In this document: positions 15,182 through 26,995 of the stretch, one piece after another
Position numbering within the stretch: position 1 is the first letter of the stretch
Layout of the letters: each line of letters starts with the position of its first letter
NCBI GenBank assembly: GCA_008632985.1
Contig: QPGO01000157.1
Coordinates: forward strand, 62,001 to 126,000
DNA from: Psammoneis japonica
Taxonomy: Eukaryota
Direction: 5' to 3'
Length of the DNA: 64,000 nt
Position numbers and translations under genes: made by a program
The notes under the pieces: model-generated
Database searches by the model: none
What the model was told of the DNA's origin: nothing
Seen by the model: the letters and a program-made list of their open reading frames with translations, nothing else

Positions 15182-17770
15182 TAGAGACACTGCACCAGAA
15201 TGCACACTGTCGACGGGTGTGTCAGTGAGGTGTGTCCATCAGCAACAAGGCGTGCTTTGTGTCTGCCGTCATGCTTGACATTGCAAACAAGGTGCACCCG
15301 GATCTTCTTGTGTCCTGCTGGTGCGCTGGAGTCCTTGTGGTGTCCGCAGTCATGGAAGACCTCGCACTCATTGAGTTGAGTCATCTCGAGATCTGTTGTG
15401 TCTCCCCACTTGTGGTTGCCATTTTGTTCGTTGAGGGCCAAGGCATGCCTGCAATCCCACGGTGCTTTGCATCTGCACTTGCATCATGGTGCAGTGCAAA
15501 ATGAGCAAAGCTTGGCTTGATTGGCCATGTGGAGTTGTTTCTTCTGATGCAGAGCTGTCTTGCAAAAGTGCTTCCATCCATCAGTTTTGAGGAGGCCATG
15601 CTCACGTGCACAGATGGCACAGGTGATGGGATCATCCTTGGCAATGATGGCAAGGGGCTCAGACGTGATCTCCCCATGTTCCCATTCAAGCATGACTTGG
15701 CAGCTTGACCCTTTCCAGGAGGGGTCGTGAGGTCTCAACAGCCCTTCATGCAACACAATGCAGCAAAATTTCCAGATGGCTGTGTCATCTTCTTCCTGCT
15801 CCATGTGATGCATGATGTTGTTGTGGGCAAGGATCTCTTTGTGTTTGTCATTGTTGACTGAACAAATGAATTTGACCAGGTCAGGGTTGTCACTGATCTC
15901 CCAGTCGTGGTCCTCAACAGCTTTGATGATGCAGGCTCTGTGACACTGTCTGTCCTCTTGTGGGTTCACGAGAAAGGTGCACCCGACAATGTTGTTGGGG
16001 TCAAAGACTGGCATCTCAGGCATCCTGATCTCCTCCCCATCTGATGAATTGGGCAAATCTTCAGAGTCATGGTGGGATTTGATGATGGGTGCAGCAGACT
16101 CCCCATCAGGAGGATCAAGACACAAGTTGCATGTCAACAATTCGCTGGCAGCGGGGTGGACATCAGACCAGTGCAGAATCTTCTGAGTGTCGTCAGAGAG
16201 AATCTTGAAGGTCATTTGATGGCCCACATGTTCAGCAATGCCAACAAAGTGACCACGCAGCTTGCAGGATTCAGACGGCCAGCCCCAGTTGTCCAGGTGG
16301 CAGTGCATGGGTTCCCACCATTGAAAGCAGAGGAGGGGGCTGATGTTGGGAGCAGAGCCAGACAACACTTCGGCAGGGGTGCACCAGCGGAGCTTGGCAG
16401 AAGCCGTGTGGTTGAGCAAGAAGCACACGCACATGAGAGCAAGCAGCCAGGTGCAGGCCAGGGAGCCAAAGCAATCCATGATGGCATTGGCCATGTTCTT
16501 CATGGTTTGGTGACAGTGCTCAGCAAAGTTCTGATGCTGTTGATGGGGCTCACTTTGCCAGCCAGAAATGAAGAGAGCATGCGGGATGCCAAGGACCTTG
16601 ATGCTGATCTCAACTTGAGCATGAACTCTGATGAGCTTGGACAGAGCACCGCAGTTGTGAATGTTGTCCTCAAGGGCATTGACAAATTCCTTGTCTGTCT
16701 TGGTGCCGCACACATTGGTGATGAGTGATTCCATGCCAATGAAGAGCTGTGCACTGGTGCAGCCAGAGTCAATGGCGGGGGTGTCGGAGTGCACTGTGTC
16801 AGTGGCGACGGGTTTGTTGCAGTGACAGATGTTGAGAGCCGGGTTGAATGACTTGTGCACCTTTTTCTGGTGGGTGTTGGCAGGCATGTGAGCGTGTTGG
16901 GTCGCACAATCAAAAGTGCAATGAACAGTGTCCTTTGGGAGGAAGCCAAAATGGGGGTGCAATTGGGTGCAATTTCATGCTCATGGCATTCGTGGAAGAA
17001 GTCACAGGTCGGCAGGATGTGATGATCGAGCACAGGGTCCACAAGCACGGCATTGTTGACAATGTGATGGTGATGACGGTTGCCAAACTCGTCAAAGAGA
17101 TTGGCAGTGGGATCATCCTGGAGGTCTGACACAGTGTCGCACCATTTCTTGTCATCGGCGAACTGGTGGTTGAGTGCGGATGGGTCCCAGGTGTTGTCGC
17201 CAGTGAGGATGACATGAGGCAGGTCGTCCCATTCAGCATCAGTGTGCAGGCAAATGGCAATGCAAGGCAGGCCACCTTTGATGTTGATGGGAATGACATG
17301 GCCATCAATGGTGGTGATGCACTGCAACCCATTGGTGGGGACCTTGATGGACCGATCATTGACACCGTGCTTGTGCCACTCGAGCTGGCCACAGGAATGG
17401 ATGGTCTTGCCCTTTCCAGCGCAAGTGCACTGGTGAAGAATGGCAATGACAGGACCACATTGCATGTGGATGACACCACCGGCAGTGACAATGGGGGTGT
17501 CAACAAGCTGATGGTTGTTGATGCCTTGTGCATCAACCTGTCGATCAGTGCGAGTGATGATGACACGAACATCATCACCAGCAATGCCGCCATTGGCGCC
17601 ACAATCCACCAAAGCTCCTTTGCGTGTGGAAGTGTGAGTCGACGCAGAGCAGATGATGCGGTGAGCAGAGCGACTGCAGAAAGAGATCAACGTTCGCGCG
17701 GGGGCACCTGCGCACAAGGCATGACACAATTCTGTGGCAGTTTGCAGCAGGAGTGTCTGGCATGTCGCAA
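15182..17770 (-). mobile_element. Ty1/copia (CoDi-like) internal remnant: protease, integrase, start of RT; heavily mutated
   Basis: ALVDCGANGG, VATDTVHSDTPAID, WQSEPHQQHQNFAE, VKHDGRHKARLVADG; colinear with the full-length element at 19918-26995. Both TpA and CpG depleted. Confidence 0.92.
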
Positions 17771-17771
17771 T

Positions 17772-17904
17772 CAACAGGAATCATTCGAAAATGTTGCAAG
17801 AGTCACAACTGGCATTTTGCATGAGGAAAAATGCCAAATTGTGTGGAAATGTGCACAATGTCATGTGAGAGGGTGATTGGAGCCAGCAACTTTTCGGGAA
17901 CTCA
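17772..17904 (+). mobile_element. MITE family A, left part (the rest continues at 29315-29502)
   Basis: Starts with TIR CAACAGGAATCATTC and aligns with 36361-36493; the remainder resumes after the inserted TIR element. Confidence 0.75.
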
Positions 17905-18849
17905 GGCACGTTCCCACCCCAACAATTTCGGCCGCAAAACAAACATGGTTTTGTTCTGCACAAAATTCCTGCAGAAACTGTTGTGCAAGAAAAATCGCAC
18001 ATCTGTTTCCATCCTTCAATTTGCAGCCGCAATCATCTTCAAATGGAGACCAGGACAATTAAAAAATGGGTGACAGCGTGCCACTGCACATGAAATTGAA
18101 AAAAGACACAACATCCGCAACATCAAGCAGTTGCAAGAAAGGCAGTTGACAAGGTTGTTGGAGACAACAAGATTGACATCGAAGGATTGTGCACAAAATT
18201 GGTCTGGAACCCAAAGGCAAGCAGTGTGTCACATGCTCGTTCCACGTCGGCACTCGAGTTGACCTTGATGCCACCCTTGCACTTGCTCAATGGTGCAGAT
18301 TCAAGAACTCAGTTGCATCTGGCAGGGACGATTTTCAGATGGAAGCAGTTGACACCAGAGTGCAAATGAAACGCACAAGACTTTTTAAGTTGGTGATGCA
18401 ACAGTGTGGTTTCGACTTTCGACTCGATTGTCTGTCAACCAACCACATTTGACGGTGCAATTCCATCTGCTGCTGCTCTGCACAGTCTTGAGAAATTTTT
18501 TTAGCAGTTTGAAATTGACAGCTTCTGTGGGTCTGTTGCACTCCAGCACTTCCAGCATTGCACTTGCCTTGTGCAAGACGCAATCGCAACAAGAGTGTGA
18601 TGCTGCTGTGCCAGCAGCCCACGCTCCCACAGGTGAAATCACACACTCAATTCCATGTGCACTCAACAACTCCAGGGGTGTTGCATTGTTGCATTTCCTT
18701 GCCAGCTCCAATGCATTTGCCTCGTGCAAGATGCAATTGAAACAAGAACACCGGAGTGACGCCACTCATCCAGCATCCCACACTCCCGCTGATGCAATGA
18801 TGGGCTCAATTCCATGTCCACACAACAGCTCCAGGGGGTGTTGCGTTGT

Positions 18850-19285
18850 GGCACTGCAATGTGTCCAACACCGTCTGCGCCATGCCCATTGCCACCATCT
18901 GCTGGTGCAACACGTCCAACGTCATCTAGCACGCTGCACCCAATGCCACCCATGCCACCATCCACCAGCGCAACACATCCGACGCCATCTGGTGTGCCAG
19001 GCCCATTGCTGCCTGCACCACCATCTGCCAATCCAACACGTCCAACACCATCCAGAGTGCGCCGCACCCGATGCCACCCCTGCCGCCATCCACCAGCGCA
19101 ACACATCCCCAATGCCGTCCAGCGCGCCATGCCTGTCGCTGTCCACACCGCCACCTGCCAGTCCAACACATCCAATGCCGTCCAGTGCGCCACACCCAAT
19201 GCCACCTGGCCCGCTCCGCCATGTGCTTCTGCAACACATCCAACGCCGCCTGCGCTGCACCCAATGCCACCTGCATGCCATGGAC
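18850..19285. repeat. Degenerate ~60-bp tandem minisatellite (about 7 units)
   Basis: Recurring core CAACAC(A/G)TCC followed by CACCC(A/G)ATGCCACC-like tails. Confidence 0.7.
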
Positions 19286-19917
19286 AGTTCCATCTGATGC
19301 GCCAAGCAACGTGCCACAAGAATGGCTCCAAGTGCAGTTCTCAGTCATGCGCCATTGGCAAATCCGTCATTTAAACCAAGTGATGTGCCACCCACAACAC
19401 TGTCAGCGGCTCCATCAAAATGCACCTTCTGCACCATCACACGTGCCATCCGTCACATGTGCCACCCATGACTCCATCATCTGCACCAAGCAGTGCGCTG
19501 TTGTCAACACCATCGGAGCTGCCAAGTGTGGTCCCAAGCAAAGTGCTGTTGTCTGCTCCATGCCATCACTTTGAACCAAGCAACAAGCAATGTGCCATCG
19601 GTTTCTCACAAAATCGCAAGTTTTCACACAGAGCATTCTTCAGATGCATGGTCTTCTGACCCACGGCAACATTCGAATTCTTGACAAAGCCTGATCCACA
19701 CTGGGGGAAGTCTCCAGCCAGCTGCCAGCTGAAAAAGTCTGCTCGTCAGTGCGTTTGGGGGTTTTGCCAGTGCTGCAATTTTTGCACACACAAAAGACGA
19801 CGAGTCTGTCCTGCGTTCCCAACACCCCCCAACGCACAGATTGACAGACTCTTTCAGTGCAAATTCTGCACAAGATTCTTCAGCCAGCAGCTGGCTGGAG
19901 TCTTCCCCCAACACATC

Positions 19918-20189
19918 TGACAGAAATTGAAGGCAAATGGCAAGAATTCAAACAATGACTCCTGCTGTCTAAATGGCAGATGAGTCTCCGCTCAGAGACC
20001 GTTGCAGGAGCCGAAAGACGTGCAAGTCGGCACAATCGGGCTGCTGTTGTCATTCTTGTGAGCCTTGTGGCTCGAAAGCAAACTGCATCGCGCGCGAACG
20101 CGTGGAACTAAAGCACACAAAACTGTGCGCGGCAAACTAAACAGCGCGCGATGTTTCGCGCGCACCCAAATCCTGTTCAAATCCTGTCA
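19918..20189 (-). repeat. 3' LTR
   Basis: Near-identical to 26720-26995; TG...CA termini. Confidence 0.95.
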
Positions 20190-23100
20190 CTCCCCAGTTT
20201 GCTTGAGGAGCTGCAGAAACAGATTCGACTTCGGATGGGATGAAGTTCCAGAACATGAGAGGGCGGAGAAGGTCCCAGATTTGGGAGTGACCCCAATGCT
20301 TGCTGAGAATGTCAGCAGGATTGCGGGAGCCCTCGATGAAGTGGAACTCAAGGCAACCAGAGGCAATTGCCTCACGCACACGGTGGAACGACAGTGCAGT
20401 GTGTCGCTTGTGTAACTTGGAGTGCGGGATGGTGGCACTGTCTACAACCGACTTGTTGTCACCGAACATGCAACTGACACTGCGGATCGGGACGCCAAGG
20501 CAGCGCAGAGTGATGCGCAGGTCGACAATCTGCTCGACACAATTCCTTGCGGCAACAAATTCAGATCCGCAGGTTGCAGTCTCCACGGTGGCTTGTTTCT
20601 TGGAGAACCAATCAGCCGGGAATTTGTTGAGGAAGTGGAGCATTCCCATGACAGAGCATCCGGTGAGCATGCAATGGCACAAGTTTGCATCGATGCAGTG
20701 GGTGGCAGTGACGAACTTGCCAAGGGGCGGTGGAGCGTCCTTCGGGATCATCTCTTCTGCTTCACCATGCACGGAATGCATCCATTCACAGGCCGGAGCA
20801 GGGAGATCCGAACAGTCGGGCTCTTCCGTGCGAACGCGGAGAGCACCGTGTCGCATCTTGGAGAGGTGCCCACAGACGCGTTTGGCACGATCCAAGTGGC
20901 CTTGACGGGGCGCAGCTCGGAAGCTGGAGAGTGACATGACAGCCGTGGTGGTGTCAATTCGACCAAGGGACACTGCCCATTGGAGTGAACCAACAAGAGG
21001 CTGGAGCTTGTGAATGCCATCGGGTCCCAGTGGTTCGGAAGTGTCCAGCTCGGGGTGGTCACCCTTCTCTGGAGGTGACAGGGCGTTGGTGGCAGGTTTC
21101 TCCCCAAACAATCGGGTGCAGCTGTCGACCATGCACTCGATGCACTTGCGCGGAGACAGGCACAAGGTTCCGTCGGGGTCCCGGGAAAAGTCGCAACCCA
21201 GATGGAACTCAATGGGTCCCGCACCCTTGAGCTTGAACTTGCACTTTTCCGTGAGAGTGTCGATGAAAGATTGAGGGTCCTTCATGGCAATGGCGAGGTC
21301 GTCCACATGAATGCCAATGTGTTCACAGTGGTCGCCGTTCCTGCGCATCCAAATGTCGGGTTCGGCGCGGCAGGGGAAGAAGCCTTCAGCTCGCAGGCAG
21401 TCGGCGAAGTGCTCGTGCCAGCGGAGACCGGAGCTGCGAAGTCCATGCAGTGCCTTGTGGATGACAAGGATGTGTCCTTCGAGTTTGCCAAATTCGGGTC
21501 CAGCTGCAATGTAAAGCTTCTCCTTGGTGGTGGCTTCAAGGCAGGCATTGCCAATGTCGGTGGCCCATGTCTCCAACTCGTTGAGTTCGGCCAGGAAAAT
21601 CATCAGCCGAAGGCCACGGAGGGAGACTGCTCCGGAGCAAACACTGTCGACAGGTGCATCCGTGAGGTGCCCGTCGGCTGCGAGTCGTGCCTTGTGGCGA
21701 CCGTCATGTTTCACGTCGAATGCCAGGTGCACTCGGATCTTCTTGTGTCCCGCAGGAGGAGTGGAAGACTTGAAGGGCCCGCAGTCATGGAAGACTTCGC
21801 ATTCGTCGAGTTGGTCCATCTCGAGATTAGTTGCGTCTCCCCACTTGCGGTTGCCGTTGCGTTCGTCCAGTGACATGGCATGTTTGCAGTTCCGGGGAAC
21901 TTCGCATCCGCACTTGCAGCGAGGTGCAGTGCGGAAGGAGCGAAGCTTGGCTTGGTCGGCCATGCGAAATGGCTTCTTTTGGCGCCTCGCGACAGTGCGG
22001 AACCGCTTCCAGCCATCCGTGTCGAGGAGTCCGTTCTCTGGTGCACAGATGGCACAGGTGACGGGGTCGTCCTTGGTGATGATGGCAAGGGGCTCGGACG
22101 TGATCTCCCCACTTTCCCATTCAAGCATGATGTTGTAGCTTGAGCCTTTCCAGGTTGGGTCGTGAGGCTTCAGAGGTCCTTCGTGTGATGCGATGCGTCG
22201 AAATTTCCAAATGGTGGTGTCTTCGTCTTCTTGCTCAATGTGATTCATGATGTCATTGCAAGCAAGGACTTCCTCGCATTCGTCATTGTTGACAGAGCAG
22301 ACGAACTCAGTGAGCTCGGGATTGCCGTTCACTTTCCATTCGTGGTCTTCGACGGCCTTGACGATGCGAGCTCTGTGGCGTTGTCCATCCTCTTGTGGCT
22401 GCATGAGGAAGGTGCGTCCAATGATGTCTTGCGGATCGAAAACTGGCACCTTGGGTGTCCTGATCTCCCCATCAGCAGAATCGACGGGGTTGTCGTCATG
22501 GCGAGATTTGATGATGGGTTCAGGTGGCTCCCCATCAGGAGGATCAAGACGCAGGTTTCGAACGGCAGGATCGGGGGCAGCGGAGCGAACGTTGGACCGG
22601 TGGAGGATCTTTTGAGTCTCGTCAGATGGGATCTTGAAGGTCATCTGGTGGCTGACGTGCTCAGCAATGCCAACAAAGCGTCCACGCAACTCACGGGATT
22701 CGGACGGCCAATCGGAGTCATCGAGGTGGAAGTGCGCTGGTTCCCACCAGTGAAAGCGAAGCAATGGGCTGATGTCCGGGGTGGATCCAGTGAGAGTCTC
22801 GAGGGGCGTGCGCCAGTGGAGACGTGGGGATGCTGTGTGGTTGAGCATGAAGCACACGCACATGAGCGCCAGGAGCCATGTGTGGGCGGGCGAACCAAAA
22901 CGGTCCATGACAGTGTTCGCCATGCGCTTCACGGTCTGGTGTCGACGTTCGGCAAAGTTTTGGTGTTGCTGGTGAGGCTCACTTTGCCAGCTGGAGATGA
23001 AGAGGGCGCGCAGGATCCCGAGCACTTTGTTGCTGATCTCAACTTGAGCACGGTCGCTGATGAGTTTGGATGGTGCACCACGTTCACGGATCTGATCCTC

Positions 23101-25782
23101 GAGTGTGTTGACAAACTCTTTGTCCGTCTCAGTGCCGCAGACGTCAGTGACGGCAGACTCGGTGCCAACAAACAGTTGGGCGCTGGTGCAACCAGAGTCG
23201 ACGGCCGGGGTGTCGGCACAAACGGTGTCAGTGGCGACAGGCTCGTTGCGGCGGTGCACATTGAGGGCGGGGTTGGGTGATTTGCAGGCCTTGCGAAGGT
23301 GTGCACCGGCGGGCATGCGGGCGTGCTGCGTGGTGCAGTCAAAAGCACGACGGACCGCATCGGCGGGTGGGAAGCCAAAGCAAGGCCGAAGAGACTCGAA
23401 GGGGGGGTCCTTGGGCTTCACAGTGCGCTCCGGAGGTGGAACGTCAACGCCCGTGGGGTCACTCGCATGCAGATGACACTCGTAGAACACGTCGTCGTTC
23501 GGAATGAGGTGATCATCGAGGGCGGACGCGTGATCGTCAGACAAGGAAGCGGACAAGATGGTCTCGTTGACAACGACACGGTGACGGCAGTTGCCGCATT
23601 CGTCAAACAGGTTGGCAGTGGGATCGTCCTGTGGGTCAGAGATCGCGTCGCACCACTGGTCGTCGTCAGTGACAGAGTGATCGAGGACGGAAGGGTCCCA
23701 TGTGTCATCACCGGTGAGGATGACATGGGGCAGGGTGTCCCATTCGGCGTCAGTGTGGGGGCGCATGGCAACACAAGGCAGGCCAGCCTTGACGTCAATG
23801 GGGATGACATGGCCATCAGGAGTGGCAGTGCATTGCAAGCCGTTGGGCACCTTGACAGAGCGATCGTTGACATCCTGTTTGTGCCGTTCGAGCTGGCCGC
23901 AGGAATGGATGGTCTTGCCCTTTCCCGTGTGTGCGCACTGATGGAGGATGGCGATGACGGGACCATGCTGGGTCTCAATGACGGCACCAGCAGCGACAAT
24001 GGGGATGTCCACCAGTTGATGATTGTCAATGCCCTGAACGTCGACTTGGCGAGAGGTGCGTGCGATGACGCGAACGTCGTCGCCAACGATCGACTAGAGC
24101 GCCAGTGCGTGTGGAGCGATGAGCAGAGGCAGAGTGAATGACGTTGTGGTTGTTGACGCGGCGGTGAGTGCGGCCGTTGAGCTCTGTGTTGTCTGCAGAA
24201 GCTGGCGGGGTAGAGGAAGCGGCGGATGGCCCTGGTCGACTGGCATTGGGGGCTTGGTTAGGAGACAACAGACGTTGCAGATCACCGGGTGGCAGTGGCT
24301 TGCGCTTGGTGAGGTGCGCCAGGATGGGATCATCCGAAGTGGCGTCCACATGTGCAGCGGAGTCATCATGGTCAGCAGGAGTCGTGTTGAACAAGTTGAC
24401 ATCACCGTCACTCCCAAGGTGTTGGTCGTGAAGGTTGGCCGCAACAGACTCGTGGCAGTTGCGGGCTCGCGGGTTGCGGGGAGGCGGGCGAGAGTGCTCA
24501 AGGATGATCGCCTTGGAGGAATCGGGCAACGAATCCCAGAGCCGTTGGTGGTCGGGAGGGAGACGTCTCCATTGGACACCGGCGAGGCTGGGACCACGGG
24601 TGCAGGCAGCATTGGCTTGAAGGACGTCAACGTCGCTGTCAATGTCGTAGAACACATCGTCGGACGGTTCCTCGGAGTGGATGTCGTGGGCGTGTGTGGT
24701 GCGTCGGGGAGTTCGAGGTGTCGTCTTGGGTTGAAACGTGCTGTCGTGCTGAGCTGCCGCGGAGAGGAGCAAGCCACAGCATTGATCGCATGTGAGGCTC
24801 TTGCCACTCTGCGCACGATGCTGATCAGCTTGGTTCTTGACAGCACGGAGTTCCTCGACAGGGTGCACGGCATTCTCGAGCATGACGCGCTTCTGTCCTT
24901 CAGAGAAGTGGCAGCTGGCGGGGATGAGTGCCTTGCACTTGCGCAACTGATCTTGCCAATGAAGGATGAACCCGTGGGTCGGACCTTTCCAAGTGCCATC
25001 ACCAAGACGTGCGGTGGTGAGGTGCGTGAGCAGGGTGGAGGACTCGATGGATGCACGGGTGGAGGCAAGCGCGCATTCAGACAAGGAGCGGCAGACGGTC
25101 TGTGCATCAGAGGACCCCACATTTTCGCGAATGAGAGCCTTGCCCTTGTCGGTGAGAAGGATGCGTTCGAAGACGGCGAACATGTGCTTTTGCTGTTCAG
25201 CAAAGAGCAGTTTGTCTTCGGGGCTGGTCGGTTTGTACGACGAGTCTAGAATGCACTCGACGTCTTGGGCACGGGCTTGTGCCACAAGTGAGGTGTGCCA
25301 AGTGTGCCACTGCTTGCCGGATTTGAGAGCCGTGAAAGCGGTGGGATCACGCTTGATGCCTCGCTTGAAGTCTCGCACCGGGTCGCGTGCCTTGGTCGGG
25401 TTGGTGACATGTGGAGGTGCAAGGGGTGAGCTGCCGATGGACACAGAGGACATGCAGTCCGGGCTGAGGCGGCAGGCAAGGAACTCGTCATGCGTGAACA
25501 AAGAGGAGTCGTTGGCAACGTCAAGACCTTTGTGTGCTTTGACAATGTGCAGACTGACTGGTGCTGCTGACATGTTCTTATAACCACGAGGCAAAGGGAT
25601 TGCATCAGTGCCGTTGTCGCACACAAGCCAGTCGATTTGGGACGGTGTGAACGTGAACAGTTCCTGATGCGAGTCCGTGCCGTCTTGGGCCAAAGCCAAA
25701 CGAAGAGGACTCCCAGCACCTTGGGCAAGCACGGTGGAACGTGCTCGAAACCATCGATTTGTTGCTGACGAGTGAGAACCAT
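20190..25782 (-). pseudogene. copia gag-pol, Tyr-depleted
   Basis: Starts MVLTRQQ; FKRGIKRD gag motif; small deletion in the protease motif (ALVDR..GDD) near 24090; integrase SDRAQVE and QNFAER; RT HVDD; RNaseH GSEFVAA, FGDNKSV, NPADILSK. I count 3 Tyr in the 1291-aa ORF. Confidence 0.93.
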
Positions 25783-26719
25783 GGTGGACAAAAGTGGTGT
25801 CAGGACAATCAATTCTGATTGGGAAGCGAGGGTGGACTTGAAACTCGGGTGAGAACAGACTTGACTTGAAACAGACTTGACTTGAAATCTTGAACTGTCT
25901 TAAAATCAGAAGTCGCCGGGCTTTGCTGTCCCGTTCGTTGTCAAGTGCTAAACTTCCCATCCGGTCCGCAGAGTTGTGCCGGCACGTCCGAACCCGCAGC
26001 CAGCGGCGCTTTGGGTTGCTTGCGAGCAGAGCAGCGGGTTGTAAACCCCTGCAGGCAAGCTGACTGGAGGTGGACAAGACCCCCGAACCGTTCTTGTTTT
26101 ATGTCGGTTGGATTTCCCGATCAGGCTGGCCAGTTGACGTGGGCGTCAGGCGCTGTGGACGAACGAACAAACGCGGGAAAGCACCCTCGCCCCAACGCAG
26201 GCTGCAATCACGGCTGCTTGCTCTCACAGTCGTCCTCGTGGACCTGGCAGAACTGCAGAGCACCAGCAGTCCGGGGCAGATCAGGTGCAATGGACTCGGT
26301 GTGCTTGCAGAGTGGTGGCAAAACCGCAGTCCGAAGAGTGGGCACAGGTTCTTGGCCGTGAAGATGTGTGTGTGCATGTGTCTTCAGCGACGAAGATCCT
26401 TGAACATGTGGGGTTCTTGACCGTTAACCGATGAACAGGCACATCAAGGGATGAGGATCAAGGATGGACTTGGATGTGACCGTTGAATGCATGTCTTCAG
26501 CGATCAAAGGCAGCACAATCAATCCAGATGTCCAGCGGCGAGGAGACTTGACAGTGACGTTAACTTCCTGCCGATGCCCTGGCATTGAATGCGCACAGAC
26601 TTGCCGATGTGTGTGGGGCACATGCGGAGGTCCACGCAGAATTGAAATGGCGTCGTTGGTAAATCAACGACGACGATGGCGGTTGCTCAATGGGTTGACA
26701 ATGAGCAAGACTGTCAATC

Positions 26720-26995
26720 TGACAGAAATTGAAGGCAAATGGCAAGAATTCAAACAATGACTCCTTGCTGCTGTCTAAATGGCAGATGAGTCTCCGCTCA
26801 GAGACCGTTGCAGGAGCCGAAAGACGTGTGAGTCGGCATGATCGGGCTGCTGTTGCCATTCTTGTGAGCCTTGTGGCTCGAAAGCAAACTGCATCGCGCG
26901 CGAACGCGCGGAACCAAAGCACACAAAACTGTGCGCGGCAAACTAAACAGCGCGCGATGTTTCGCGCGCACCTGAATCCTGTTCAAATCCTGTCA
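26720..26995 (-). repeat. 5' LTR
   Basis: Near-identical to 19918-20189; followed by TSD ACATC. Confidence 0.95.

Larger units (their letters stand above)
19918..26995 (-). mobile_element. Full-length Ty1/copia LTR retrotransposon (CoDi-like), inactivated
   Basis: LTRs 19918-20189 and 26720-26995 (TGACAG...CTGTCA); 5-bp TSD ACATC on both sides; polypurine tract GGGGAG (minus strand) next to the 3' LTR; gag-PR-IN-RT-RNaseH order. Confidence 0.97.

Noticed and set aside
18850..19285. CRISPR-like array
   Set aside because: Units are degenerate over their whole length with no unique spacers; eukaryotic context with no cas genes.
20137..24012. Alternative genetic code or recoding of Tyr in the element
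   Set aside because: Changes go to both Cys and His, also affect Val and Leu codons and non-coding LTR/TIR DNA, and host genes use Tyr normally.
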